From Aplysia californica (lineage: Eukaryota), in contig NW_004797278.1 in assembly GCF_000002075.1 (NCBI RefSeq), positions 103,453-166,739 on the forward strand: a stretch of DNA of 63,287 nt. The letters are read 5' to 3'. Shown here piece after piece: positions 49,606 to 63,287 of the stretch. Positions within the stretch are counted from its first letter, which is position 1, and each line of letters opens with the position of its first letter. Both the position numbers and the translations under genes were made by a program. The notes beneath the pieces are model-generated. The model ran no database searches, was not told where the DNA came from, and saw only the letters and a list, made by a program, of their open reading frames with translations.

Positions 49606-51963
49606 TTGACTCCCCAATGTCAATGACGAAGGAATAGCTTGTTATTTGTGTATAATGTCGTAGGCCTAATGTATGTAAGGGTGTGGGACTTTGGAGATAT
49701 CGTTTTCTCATTTAGGCTTTACGGTAGGCCAATATTTTACGGCTATTTCGTCTGACATTGGATTCTGCTTCAGTGTTTTTTTGTAGTAAAACGAAGCGTT
49801 CTGTTCCTCGCGAGTCTGTGACTGTGAGCACAGTGGAAAGTCCATACTTTTTTCTACTTCTACTGTCTACATTGTGCGTACATGGTTTTGGCAGTGAGCC
49901 CACAGAATGAGCACAGATGTAATGGATATTTGATAGGGGAAATTGTCCTAATGATTATCAATTGCTACTCCCACGCGCTCTTGTGTTTCGAAACAACGCG
50001 TGATGGATGATGTTGTGAACTTCATACAGTTACACGAGCCTCGTTCTGCCATCGTAAACCCGCTCTGTGTATCGTGGGCGTTTATGTCTAGAATGTAATA
50101 ACACTTAATAGCGTGTTGAATATTTAACTGCACTTGCTGTCATGCAATCGCTAATGAATAAATATTTTATTACCTTTGGCTTTCAGCCATCTATAGATCT
50201 ACTCCTCTTCCCGCTGATTAGGACGTTTTGTGATTTACTTGGGAGTCGACCAGCTGATTAATATCAAGTTCGGGATGTATTATTGATTCTTTTTCTTGAG
50301 AAACTTTAGTTTGTCCGAGGTATGAATTGCTGGCCTATGCGCGTGGTTGTTTCTTTAGACCGATTGTGTCACTATGTTTCTCGATAAATTCTTTTGTTTG
50401 TCGTATAATAACTATTAGTAGATCTAGTGCAGTATTTTTATCTCGTCGATCAGTTGCTACCGATTTGGTCCTCTCCTATGTACACATTGTGTATTTTTGT
50501 TCCTTTTAAAAAAAAAAGTGTTTTCGTGGGTAGGGTTGAAAAAACAGGACAAAATGAGCCACATTATAAGGCTGCCCAAGTTCCCTGAAAGCAGAGATTG
50601 TTTTGGGTTTGTTTCCATGTATTGGTTTGGCTTATCCCGATCTCTTGTTATCTCTCCGCCCGCGTCGTGTGCCCAGACGGCCCATCCCATGCCATTGTCC
50701 CATGTCTCTCTGGTGCTTGTCTCCCGATAAACAGACCTGTCGTTGGCCGGGTCGTTGGGTGCAGTCTTGGACTTGAATAGCACTGCGGTACTCTAGCTGT
50801 TGCTGGGCGCCTCGCCTTTAAATTATTCAAATTTTCTTTTCTTTTTTCTCCCTCTCTGTCTCTCTCTCTCTCTTNNNNNNNNNNNNNNNNNNNNNNNNNN
50901 NNNNNNNNNNNNNNNNNNNNNNNNNNNNNNNNNNNNNNNNNNNNNNNNNNNNNNNNNNNNNNNNNNNNNNNNNNNNNNNNNNNNNNNNNNNNNNNNNNNN
51001 NNNNNNNNNNNNNNNNNNNNNNNNNNNNNNNNNNNNNNNNNNNNNNNNNNNNNNNNNNNNNNNNNNNNNNNNNNNNNNNNNNNNNNNNNNNNNNNNNNNN
51101 NNNNNNNNNNNNNNNNNNNNNNNNNNNNNNNNNNNNNNNNNNNNNNNNNNNNNNNNNNNNNNNNNNNNNNNNNNNNNNNNNNNNNNNNNNNNNNNNNNNN
51201 NNNNNNNNNNNNNNNNNNNNNNNNNNNNNNNNNNNNNNNNNNNNNNNNNNNNNNNNNNNNNNNNNNNNNNNNNNNNNNNNNNNNNNNNNNNNNNNNNNNN
51301 NNNNNNNNNNNNNNNNNNNNNNNNNNNNNNNNNNNNNNNNNNNNNNNNNNNNNNNNNNNNNNNNNNNNNNNNNNNNNNNNNNNNNNNNNNNNNNNNNNNN
51401 NNNNNNNNNNNNNNNNNNNNNNNNNNNNNNNNNNNNNNNNNNNNNNNNNNNNNNNNNNNNNNNNNNNNNNNNNNNNNNNNNNNNNNNNNNNNNNNNNNNN
51501 TCTCTCTTTCTGAGTACATTTGTTGTTCATCCCATGGTCATTGTTTTAATACGGTATTGATCCTATCATTTCCCCCCGCCCACTAATTTGCCCGAGCGGG
51601 ATTGGGGGAATAAGTGTGTGTGTGTGTGTGCGTGTGCGTGTGACGTATAGCATGATTTCAACTGGCAGGCGGAACATTATATCGCTGATGTGCCCAAGGC
51701 CACCTGTTTCCACCAGGGGCAAGGCAGGACAGTCTGACGTAGGATATATCGTTTCCTGTTTATTTGATATTATTTTTAATGATCGCTCGACTGGTCTCGG
51801 CTACCAGAACACCCACGACATCATCATACCGTATTGTGAACACTAACACGTCATGATATTCGACACCATACTATTATATGTTAAAAATTTAATTTTTCTT
51901 TTTTCCCTTTCAAACTTTTAAATGGCGACAATTTTCCAAATAATGTTTGATGGACGGGAGAGT

Positions 51964-51995
<32 letters not shown>

Positions 51996-52375
51996 GTCAG
52001 GTGCTCATAAAGTCGACAGTCCGCTTAACTACTTGGCAGCCTCATTGGGGAATTCGCAAATAGTGCGATAAAGTGAATGGGTAGCAGCGGGAGTGGGAGT
52101 TCGTGAGAGTATAGCAAAGCGAAAGGAAGGAGTGGTTTACGTGGGCGTTTTTTTATTTTCTCATTCTTTTCATTCTGCCACGCGTTACAGGCATGGGGCG
52201 CTGGGTTCGCCCGCCCTCGACTGTCAGTGGCGTTCGTTTTCCCCTCCCTTCCCTCCCGCTACCTTCTGATAAACAACACTTGGTGATTGGGAGTGATGAT
52301 AAGAGCCTAGGCTTGTTGTGATGGTCGAGATAGATCAACTGATGGTTTTGTTTATCGCAGATCACAGCCGTAAAA

Positions 52376-52426
<51 letters not shown>

Positions 52427-54040
52427 GGGGGGAGGAGGATATTTATTTTCTTCGTCATCTGAATTTCAAATTTTCTTACCACAGGGTCTAAAGTGTTAAG
52501 TGTTATTGGACGTTGGTCTTTCTTTGTTGCTCTCTTCTTTCAGTGTGTTGGTGTTGACTTGTCTACCAGACTGCCGCACCCTTCCCCGCCCCTCCCCTCG
52601 CCCCCTCTTTGTCGTGTCCTGTAGTCTGGGTGTGATGAGAGCCTCGTGGCAGTGGACAAATCACAGCACTCGCTACTCCACTTCTGTTGGTTGTCCTCCG
52701 ATGTATCTTACCGGTTATCGCAAGATGGCATTCATAGCCCGCTAGGGATCGGAATTTTACCATTGGGCTGTTTTCTTTTTGTTATATCGAATTACGTGTA
52801 GATTTAGGCCTGTGTGGGTTTTTCCGTAGCGCGTGTACGGTTCATCGATTGTGTTTGAAGGTGTGCTGTGGTCCGGTTTTTGCCTTAGGCCTACCGGTTT
52901 TGTTTTGTTTTTTGGGCATTTTTTTGTTTGTTTGTTAGGGAACTGTTTTCCTTGGCGAGGGACGTGTGGTATGTTAAATTTTCAAAGTGTTTATGAAGTC
53001 ATCTTCCGCCTCCGTGCTCGGTGAAAACTTCTTTAGCCTATCTGGAACTACATAACTTAAGCTCAAAACTAAAACACGCGCTTTTCCCAGTTTTTTCAGC
53101 TTGACGCAAAAACGCAACTTCTCTCATTTATCTCGCGTGTCCAGTTCTTCCGTGTCTTTTTTCCCAGACACTTGTTGACGTGTGTCAAAACTTAAGTGGA
53201 TTTTCTTCAAAACCCAGTCGAACTCAAACCCGGAACCAACTGAACTAGTTTAGAAGCGACCTGGACGTGGCTGTGTCGCTGTTGCCCTGTCCTGCGGATA
53301 GGGAGCAAAGCAAGGAGGATCTCTTTTTGACCAATCGTGACCCCCGAAACATGTCGTTGGTTCAATACTTCAACCTTCCTCTTCCGAGACAGAATCCTGT
53401 TTTGGCGACAGGCGCAACGGCGCCTCTGAGATGTAAATTTTGCCTTTAAAAAGTTATAATGTTGTTTCTTTTTAGAGCTTGTTGGATAAATTAAATAAAC
53501 ATTACCCTCAGGATGTCTGACTGTCTCCACCGCTGTCTAGTCTCTCTCTATATCTAATGCTGGAACGGGAGGGGGATTTGAAATTCTGTTTACTAAAATA
53601 TTTGTCCGTTCTCCAACGAATATGTAGATCTAGGTCTTTTTGATAAACGAAAACAACAACAATAGTATCAGCAAGTCTTGTCTGCACCCCACAGTGACAT
53701 CTTACTTTGTCTGAAACGAAATAAGAATTAGTTTTGAAATTGAGAATTCCATTCCCCCCCCCCCCCTTCACTTTTCCGCCCCGATGTTAGAAAATGACCC
53801 AGCATACGGTCAATCACCCTCATCCCTCGTGATCGCCAGTGGTTACCTTGCTCTCGCGCCCTGTGTGTGTGCGCGTGCGTGTGTGTGAATGTGCGTGCGT
53901 GTTCGTAGTCCGTAGGCAGAGAGCCGACTGGCTCGGTGCCAATGTTTACATCGTCAGCTGCTGAGGTGACCTGGCACTGTTCCCGACATTGGCGGCCTGT
54001 TTTGTTTTTTCCCCCCTCAACTGTTGTTTTCTTTCCATCA

Positions 54041-54075
<35 letters not shown>

Positions 54076-54080
54076 CCCCC

Positions 54081-54115
<35 letters not shown>

Positions 54116-55367
54116 ATGTATCTCTCCCCTGTGTCCTGTTTTATGTTTATGCTAGGTTACAGAGTGGTTTTATGGTGGATCTGGTTACACATACTGTCCC
54201 TCTTTTCCAGTCGCTGATCTTTATTCTTGTGTGGACCTTAGTGTCTCATAGATGCTACACAGGGTGATTTGTTTACGTGTACTTGTAGCTCATTCCTTTT
54301 TCCCGAAAATTCCCTGACCTAAAAAGAGGAGTAACAGCACCAAACGTTCCTTCTTTATTCCGTATGCTTCTCACCCTCGGTTGTTTTTTTGTGCTTTTTG
54401 TTGCTTTTTTGTTTTTGTTTGTTGTTTGTTTTTTGTTGCTGTTGTTTTTTGTTGCTGTTGTCTGTTGCTGTTGTCTGTTATGTTTTTCTTGGGGGGGGGG
54501 GGGGGGGGGTGATGGGTTACATCCGACTTCTGTTTTTGTCCGTGTGGTGGGGATTGTTGTTGTTGCACAGCGTGGGTGTAAGTTACACGCGCGCGCGACA
54601 CCACATGCATGAGCACACACTTTTCCCACCAACTTTTGACTGCGAATTCAGACAAACAATTTTATCAGTTTGTCCTGCATGCTCAGCTCACCACGAATTC
54701 CACCGTCCCAACTCACTCGCTTATAGGTCTTATACCGTCATTTCTATTCGTGTTATTTTGGCCCAGGATCAAAGTGTAGATTCCTTGCCAATTCATTTTG
54801 GGGCGAGTTTATTCAACCCCCAAGTTTGTAATTCTGTTTTAGTTCTGTTCTTCAAGACCTTGAAAGGTTATGAGAACCCGTACTGCTCATTATCAGCCTC
54901 CCAATCCTTATTGTGTGTATGTAAGTTAAGCGTTCCAATATAATGTTTATGTCGGTTGTCCTGTTTCAGCATCTTAGTTATAATGTTCTCTGTTTTAATT
55001 CTTTCAGATTCCGGAGGATCGGAACATACGTCAGATGATGATGAATTTGATGAGGCGTACGGAGACAAGGATGTTGATGACAGTGATGATGACGATTATT
55101 CTGACATTGGTAAGTGTTAGCAACTTGAAACTTGTTCTTAGAAACTAGAATTGCTTTAACATTCTTAACTCTTCATAACATAAATGGGCCTAACCTACTC
55201 TTGACAGGGGTCTTCTATTTTGGACTCTTTTGTGATTGAGTGAGTTTTAAGAAATTAAATGTTCTTTTTAAAATGCTTTTTTGAAAGAATTGGTTTTAAA
55301 AAAAAATAGAGATGAATGAAGATTGAAAGTAGCGTTTTGGACTCACACATACACACACGCACACACA

Positions 55368-55412
<45 letters not shown>

Positions 55413-57226
55413 TGATAACATAATGTTTGTGGCAATATATGTTATATATTTTTCTTCATGTAGAAGGTTATTGTTGACCCCTATTATTAGTTTCAGTGAT
55501 GTCAGTTTACTTACTGTCATATTAATAGATTTTCAAACCTTCTTCTTCTTTCAGATGACGATCTCACACGCATTACTCCATCTGAGTGTGAGTCTCTCGT
55601 GGCCACAGGCAAGAAGCAGAAACAGTATTTCTGGCAGTACAATGTGCAGTCAAAGGGCCCCAAGGGAACCAGGCTCAAGCTGGCCGTTGAGTCTCCCTCT
55701 GATCCTCATGTGCTCAACGACTTCGAGGACCCTGTCTTCGACGAGTGCAACACATTGGTTGCAGGGATTCGACATGGAGGAAAGGCGAGAAAAGGAGACG
55801 GCAATGAGATCTCCCCAAACCCCAAGAAACTCTTCATGATTGGCCATCAGTTGCTGAGGCTGAATCAGCAAATAAATGCGTGTCAACTGGGACCTGACGT
55901 GCCGCTTACAAAGAGGAATGAGTCCAGGAAAGAAAAGAACAAATTGGCATCTCGGGCTTGCAGACTGAAGAAGAAGGCTCAGCACGAGGCCAACAAGATC
56001 AAGCTCTATGGACTGGAACAAGAGCACTGTGAGTTCAATTGCTTTTTGCACATCCATGTTTAAGAATTTGATGAGCTCTACTTTGTTTTCTTGGACCGTA
56101 TTTTGTACAGTTTCTTCAATTAATTTTCTTTATATTAACCTAAGAAAAGAAATAATACATGTTGGTTTGTTTGTAGTTGGGTTGTTTGGGGGGGGGGGGG
56201 GGGGGTAGGTTGTCTAGGATTCCATATTTTGTGTGGGATGGCAGGTTGTGAATTCAAGGGATCTATATGAAACAGTGTTTTTGAGTTGTAATAGCCTACA
56301 TAATAGGGTTCCCTATATAATATGAACATTTTGTCATTTATTTTAATTGAAAGTTGCCCATGTAGATCCTGTACCTGCTTGATTACTCTTTGTTAATTTA
56401 GAAATCTTTAATTTCAGTGTTTTGAATAGATTCTAAAATCTTTTTCAACAGGTCAGCTGAATTCAGTGATAAAGTTTATCTGGCCCTTGTTGAGAGAAAG
56501 GACAAAAGCCTTCATGAGCCAGATGGGAAAGTCAGCGATGTCATCTTTGCCTTCATCATCAGAATCCCTTGACAGGAAACTGGCAGCATATCGCAGTGAA
56601 ATGCTGAGTAAGTATTTTTTATGTTTATGGATTTTTAGAATGGGTGTAATAATGTAGTGTTTGCCCAAAAGTGAGGTTGTAATTTGCAGTTTTGTCAAAT
56701 GGACTTTTTTTTCTGTAGCTCTTCAATATCGTGTATGTTTCATTTTTGTAAAACAGAGTTCTTATTTATTAAGTCACAGTCAACATTGTTTGTTATAAAA
56801 TATATTAGTTAATTGTTTCTTTTAAGTGAAAATTAAATCTGCCTCTCCCACTTAAGTGGTTTCACATTGATTTGTGTTAATTAGTTTATAGACTACTAGA
56901 AACAAAATCCATATACACACTCCTTTGATAGATGAATTCACCCACACACAACTCACACTTGTGCTTAATTAATCATATAAGGACTTTTTCAGTGAACTGT
57001 TTTTTACCTTTTGGAATGTATAAAGGTTCTGTTTCAATTTTAAAGCAAACTTTTTCAAAATGTTGCAGTTTGAATTCATATGTCTCATACAATTTTCCTT
57101 ACGTTTATTGTTACAGAAGCTGATGTTGCTGGCAAGACAGTGGACTATGTGAACAATGTGATCCTGAAAGTGGAGAGTGGAGACAACAGTGGTGGTCTGG
57201 ATACCAGGAGAAGCCGCAAGACATGA
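47230..57226 (+). CDS. CREBRF: CREB3 regulatory factor / REPTOR-like bZIP transcription factor, about 637 aa, 5 coding exons
   Basis: Exons 47230-48301, 55008-55109, 55555-56028, 56452-56607 and 57117-57226 (GT-AG, all phase 1, 1914 nt). CREBRF hallmarks: TPTLAELN, an acidic tract, YFWQYN, PNPKKLFMIG, the bZIP SRKEKNKLASRACRLKKKAQHEANKIKLYGL, and C-terminal VAGKTVDYVNNVILKVESGDNSGGL. The start context gccaaaATGg is strong. Confidence 0.93.
55555..56028 (+). CDS. CREBRF: CREBRF bZIP-encoding exon
   Basis: RKEKNKLASRACRLKKKAQHEANKIKL basic region, nearly identical to the CREBRF/REPTOR family sequence as I recall it. Confidence 0.95.
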
Positions 57227-59740
57227 ACAGTGAATTGTCCACATTCAGACTGTCTGCCAGAGAATGGAGAAAAGGGCGTTCAAATGAGAAGTCAAAAACG
57301 AGGTCTGAGCATCCACGCTTGAGGCACATGCAGAGGACAGCGCCAGTTGCTCCCGCACACACTTTGCTTCATCTCTTACCTGCTCTTGGTATAGAAATTT
57401 CTCAGTCATTAATGTATCCTGTCACTGAGCTTTCATGAATAGAAATAGAAACAAAGAGTTTGGGGAAGTCCTTTGGTTACCTTCTAATGTTGATGAATGG
57501 CTGCAAAGTGCCATGTTTCAGGAGTTTTTTCATACCATCGAAGTCTTAAAGCTGTGTTAGCAGCTAGTTTGATTAACTTACTAGATGTAATTTGTAGATA
57601 TAATGAAAGGTAGGAAACGACTGTAGTCGTCAGTCCTAAGTGCTTCATTATAAATTCAAGACAATATTTGTAAATAGATTTTAAAAGGAATACAGTCAGG
57701 ACTCAATATAACATTATCAGGGATATTGGTGTATTAATATGCTGATCCATTGTTAATTCTAGTCATGAACTGAATATTTGGCAGGAGAGAAGAGTTTGAG
57801 ACCTTTGTAGGTCCATGGTACTCTTGTTAAGGTGAAAATGTGTGGTTGAACACCTCACTTCGCTTGAAGTTGGAAGCGGTCTTCCGCTGCGGCCCGATCC
57901 ATTCCGAGGCTATGATTTCATTCACTTCTACAGAAGACAATGTGTACCGTACTTAAAGTCCATTCTATATTGTTGTCATCATTTTATGAATTTTGTTGTT
58001 GTTCTTTTTTGTGGAGGGGGGGGGGGGTCCATATTTTGTTTTGCTTATGCTGACATTTTATAGAAAGCAGTATAGTAGAAAAATTGGAGTTAAAACAAAT
58101 AATCTTTTGTATGCGATAAAATCTTGCTGTATTTAATGAGAACTATTTATCTGAGTCTCCTGTATTAGTTGGTGGGAACTGCCGGATGAAATTGTGCAAT
58201 AAAGTTCTGTCAACCACTTGTTCCATTTTACTGATGGGAAGATGGAATGCCGGAGACGTACTTGTCTATACTATAGGTTCACTGTCTGAGACTTGAATTT
58301 TTTAAAGTATAGCTTAAATGAAAATTTGGAATCTTTTCAACTTGCAGTTACTTTGCTTTTACAAGAGTCAAAAAGGAATAGTAAATCTTATTTCTTTTCA
58401 ACATTTGTAGTAATTCAGAGTAGTCTGTCGTATAGCATTGTCATTGGTGTCTTTTTTTTCCCCCACTTATTCAACTTTTCAGAGTTTTTAATTTTAACCA
58501 GTTCTGATGAGAATCTACAGGTGAATTGTTTTTTACAATTAATTTTTGTTCAATTTTCTATGGAATTGAATGCTTCATATATAGTTACTTTACGCACATC
58601 CCTAAATTTACCTGCAGTGATTATTGCGATGTATTTTCTTAATTTCTCATACATTGTAAAGTCTCTCACAAGCCGTAGTATTTGACTGGGAGAATAAAAG
58701 CTCCTCCATCTTCCGTAACATCTATTAAAATTATAGCTCTCTTTTTAAACACCCAATAAATATATACATCATGTTTTGTTTGTGTCTGCAATGTCTCCTT
58801 ATTAGTAAGTTTTGTAATCATCAGTGACTTTAATTATTGTTATCAGGTCGACATTGTTTGTATTTGTTTTGGACACTCCCACCCCCTCCCCTTACTTTGA
58901 ATCAAAAGTTGAGGTAAAAAAAGATGTAAGAGTTGTTTTTATAGTTGATGAAGACTTACCAACACATTTGATTTTCAAATAAAAAATATAATTATTTGAA
59001 TGCTGTTAATGACAAATGGCTTGCCTTGACCCGTTTTGCATGTTGATCGAATTCCATGATCATGTGTGATAACATGTTTTGTATTCTCACTTTCAAGTAA
59101 TGTGAAAATATTCATCTTATTAAATCATGCATTTCTGTAAAAGTTGAGACAAGATGTTATACTGCCATTTTATACACGATGTATACTTTAAAATACATCT
59201 CATCCATACATATTTACGAGCGATGGGGTTGTCGTCAAGTTTAACCCTTAAAAACATATATGATATTGAAAACTTTCTCATGAGCTGTATGTGTATATAT
59301 TTTGAGTTAAGATGTCTTAAATTTATTGCTGTGTACAGAACAGGTTTTTAAACTGAACATGACTGACTGATATTCATTGTTTTTGATTATTGTAAATCCA
59401 TTGTTGATGAAGACAATAAAGATTTTTGTTGATATGAAAATTTACATGATTTGTTTGGAGGTTTTTTTTGTTTGTTTTGTTTCTGTTTTTCTTATATATA
59501 TAAAAAAAACGCTTTGAGGGATCAGCATTATGATGTATGTATTCTTTTTTAAAAATGTGACCAGACTGAGGCAAAAACTACTAGAAAGAAAAATTCTTCA
59601 TCTTTGTAAGAGCGCTCAGCAATGTAGCTACATACTAAAGACTACTTCCACTCACACTGTAGATTCTTGTAATGGTTGTAGCTGTTTCCTACAAAAGCAC
59701 AACGTCCCTTGGACATGGCTATATTATTTTGAAGGTTTTG

Positions 59741-59746
59741 AATAAA
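59741..59746 (+). terminator. Distal poly(A) signal candidate for CREBRF (3' UTR up to about 2.5 kb)
   Basis: AATAAA followed by GT-rich sequence. Further AATAAA sites near 58198, 58693, 58755, 58977 and 59415 suggest alternative polyadenylation. Confidence 0.4.
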
Positions 59747-60223
59747 ACCTGAAAAAAACGGTGAAAGGAATAATGTGTTCCTTGACTTGGATCACACTAG
59801 AGACTACAGCGTGAAAAAAACAAGAAAACAACAGGCCAGGACCCCCTGTTCACTTTCTTAACCCAAAGATGTGTTTTTGCTGTGATTATTTACAGATATT
59901 TTGGTCTTCTGGGTTCCAACAATATTATTACTCAGATCTCTATAAATATAATCTATAGTAATAGAGGTTCAGTCTGACCTTTCAATTTTGTGGCACTTCA
60001 GACTTTGGTTTGGGGACACAGGCAAAGTGTTCAGTTTTTATCCTCTACAGTTGCAGCAGTGGGTTAGACAAAGATTCTGACAACCATACTTTTCTCTTTC
60101 TTTTGAACCGTCTTTCATTTCCAATTCCAGACTCTATGATTGAGTCTATGCGGTTCTTTTCAACTGGAGCTGAAACATCTGTGACTATTACCTGTAGTCG
60201 CTCTCTTTCTCCCTCTCCCCTCC

Positions 60224-60258
<35 letters not shown>

Positions 60259-63016
60259 ANNNNNNNNNNNNNNNNNNNNNNNNNNNNNNNNNNNNNNNNN
60301 NNNNNNNNNNNNNNNNNNNNNNNNNNNNNNNNNNNNNNNNNNNNNNNNNNNNNNNNNNNNNNNNNNNNNNNNNNNNNNNNNNNNNNNNNNNNNNNNNNNN
60401 NNNNNNNNNNNNNNNNNNNNNNNNNNNNNNNNNNNNNNNNNNNNNNNNNNNNNNNNNNNNNNNNNNNNNNNNNNNNNNNNNNNNNNNNNNNNNNNNNNNN
60501 NNNNNNNNNNNNNNNNNNNNNNNNNNNNNNNNNNNNNNNNNNNNNNNNNNNNNNNNNNNNNNNNNNNNNNNNNNNNNNNNNNNNNNNNNNNNNNNNNNNN
60601 NNNNNNNNNNNNNNNNNNNNNNNNNNNNNNNNNNNNNNNNNNNNNNNNNNNNNNNNNNNNNNNNNNNNNNNNNNNNNNNNNNNNNNNNNNNNNNNNNNNN
60701 NNNNNNNNNNNNNNNNNNNNNNNNNNNNNNNNNNNNNNNNNNNNNNNNNNNNNNNNNNNNNNNNNNNNNNNNNNNNNNNNNNNNNNNNNNNNNNNNNNNN
60801 NNNNNNNNNNNNNNNNNNNNNNNNNNNNNNNNNNNNNNNNNNNNNNNNNNNNNNNNNNNNNNNNNNNNNNNNNNNNNNNNNNNNNNNNNNNNNNNNNNNN
60901 NNNNNNNNNNNNNNNNNNNNNNNNNNNNNNNNNNNNNNNNNNNNNNNNNNNNNNNNNNNNNNNNNNNNNNNNNNNNNNNNNNNNNNNNNNNNNNNNNNNN
61001 NNNNNNNNNNNNNNNNNNNNNNNNNNNNNNNNNNNNNNNNNNNNNNNNNNNNNNNNNNNNNNNNNNNNNNNNNNNNNNNNNNNNNNNNNNNNNNNNNNNN
61101 NNNNNNNNNNNNNNNNNNNNNNNNNNNNNNNNNNNNNNNNNNNNNNNNNNNNNNNNNNNNNNNNNNNNNNNNNNNNNNNNNNNNNNNNNNNNNNNNNNNN
61201 NNNNNNNNNNNNNNNNNNNATCATATATGCCTTTGTTATTTTTTTTAAGGCGTTGCGGGAAAGTTCTACCTACTGAGTCACGTTATCCTTCAATCACACT
61301 TGCTTCTACTTCTTGTCTTGTTTTTTTATATGATTTATGTTATCCAAAGTGACAGACATTCCACCAGTTAAATTAAAATTTGTATCATGGTGTCCTTGCC
61401 TTGTGCTGTTCTTCCGGGGTGTGTGTATATATATTATGTTTTTGATTCAGACCCCCCCCCCTCCCACCGTACTTCCCATAAAAGACATATTTACATTCCA
61501 CCCCAGTTTTGTTTTATGTTTTGTTCCCAAACCCCATTTGATCGGATCCTAAGAAGGGCACAATGACTACAACTACCCCACCCCCTTCTTCCCTGTTAAT
61601 TTAAACAATAGAAGGCACAGGAACCAACAAAATATACAGTGTAATGAAATAGAACATGGAATCGTCGGATGTTGAGAAAGCAACCTTGTGGACTTAAAGA
61701 ACGGTGAGGTTATTGAGTACGCGCTATGGCTCTGGCTCCATGGGAGGTGGCACTCCCTTCTTGAGTGGGCCTCCGGTTCTCCACTTACTCATTGCACTTT
61801 GCCCCCTTCACCTCCGTCTGTGAATCATGTGCGCGTTACTCATGCGTCCGGGTGAGTAGGAATCACCACTATCGATTGAAGAGGCTAAATATCGACTTTT
61901 GGAAAGCATGTTCGTCAAACAAAAACTGTAAACGAAGCTAATTTGGAGGACTTAACCCCATTTTTTGTTATAAAAATGAACACCTCTGTTTTGAACACCC
62001 TCAAATATTTTCGTATTAATAATTTCGCGGTATTAAAAACAGACATAACACTTTTTTTGGAAAGGGCGGGGGGTTGTATAAATAGAGCTTGTTCCTGGTC
62101 GAAGCATAAGCTTCTTTTCTACATCGGGGATACATGTACCGTTATACGAGAACCTAAAGGTTTCGACTGCCTTTCAGGGGACGTGAAGTATGCATGCGTG
62201 AACCAGGACATAAACCAAATGACTTCAATAAGCCATGCTTGTTTGTGTAGAGTGTGGGGGAACTTAGGGGAATTCCCAGCCAACCCTCCTTTCTGATTGG
62301 TTAGAATCTGTGCCAAGCTTGTCTGCAGCGTGAACTCCAGTCTAACTCGACCCACAAACGTAAAGTCAGACGGCTTGGCTGTGAATCCCACCCACTGTCA
62401 GTCCCGTTGCGCGAGATAGAGGTGCTGAGGAAAAAGGATTGGCACACATGAACACGCTAACTCGTTATCTCGGTTTACAAAAAGATAAACAGCACAGTTT
62501 GAAGACCAAGTGTGTCACTATGAGGTCAACTCTTGTAGTAAACAACAGTTTAAGGAAAACATGTTGTTCGTGTTACAAAACCAGGCCAAAGCACAACATT
62601 GACAAAATAATTTGAACCTTTATTGCTACAATGCTTGTAAAAAAACGAAGGGGAAAAAAAGGAAATACTGCTGCTAAAACATGAATGGTTCCACGGGCAA
62701 TTCGTCTAGGTTTAGCTCCATAAAATGTCAGCGATAATAACTAGACACCCCCCCCCCGCTAGCACACGTCCCTAGTACCACCCCCACTCGACATTCCAGC
62801 CAGCCAGTCACAACATATTTTGAGCAAAACTGGTTGAGATTCTAATCTAGATTGATGTACCTCCGTGTTTTCATGGACCTTTGCATTTGTCCCGTTCTCA
62901 CTGGTTATTATCTTTGTTGGAATATATCTAAATGATCTTGTAGAAAAAAATGTTATATTCGACTACGATCACTTGGTGCACCTCGTTCCGTCTCCCCCCC
63001 CCCCCCTCTCCTCTCT

Positions 63017-63287
63017 CTTTTCCGCCCCGATGTTAGAAAATGACCCAGCATACGGTCAATCACCCTCATCCCTCGTGATCGCCAGTGGTTACCTTGCTCT
63101 CGCGCCTTGTGTGTGTGTGTGTGCGTGTGTGTGACTGTGCGTGCGTGTTCGTAGTCCGTAGGCAGAGAGCCGACTGGCTCGGTGCCAATGTTTACATCGT
63201 CAGCTGCTGAGGTGACCTGGCACTGTTCCCGACATTGGCGGCCTGTTTTGTTTTTTCCCCCCTCAACTGTTGTTTTCTTTCCATCAA
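63017..63287 (+). repeat. Near-identical copy of CREBRF intronic segment 53770-54040
   Basis: About 270 bp, identical apart from the TG tract and a few bases. It runs to the window end. Confidence 0.9.

Noticed and set aside
57224-57322. Stop-codon readthrough of CREBRF
   Set aside because: The TGA-A context is not a readthrough motif, no SECIS was seen, and the protein already ends where family members end.
50800-61248. Long ORFs of 230-412 aa in the track
   Set aside because: They are almost entirely X from assembly N gaps.

Overview
Eukaryotic, intron- and microsatellite-rich scaffold with many N gaps. It is probably an invertebrate and possibly a gastropod mollusc, which is an inference from repeat content only. 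Hand splicing gives three protein-coding genes. (1) The 5' part of a Cdc25/string phosphatase on the minus strand: three coding exons at 9069-4209, with the rest off the left edge. (2) Head-to-head with it, a complete 11-exon SLBP (histone stem-loop binding protein) gene on the plus strand at 15323-36128, about 455 aa. Its RNA-binding-domain exons are missing from the ORF track, its RBD is divergent, and all 10 introns are phase 2. (3) A complete CREBRF/REPTOR bZIP gene on the plus strand at 47230-57226, about 637 aa. Introns hold a defective Sola1 DNA transposon (22181-25171, AATT TSD), several MITEs (hAT-like with 6-bp TSDs, Kolobok-like, piggyBac-like, pogo-like), two tRNA-derived SINE families sharing one 3' tail, and LINE remnants. 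No prokaryotic-type system is present. The best leads are the atypical SLBP, the divergent Cdc25-SLBP cell-cycle gene pair, and a candidate alternative Cdc25 first exon that would skip the degron region.
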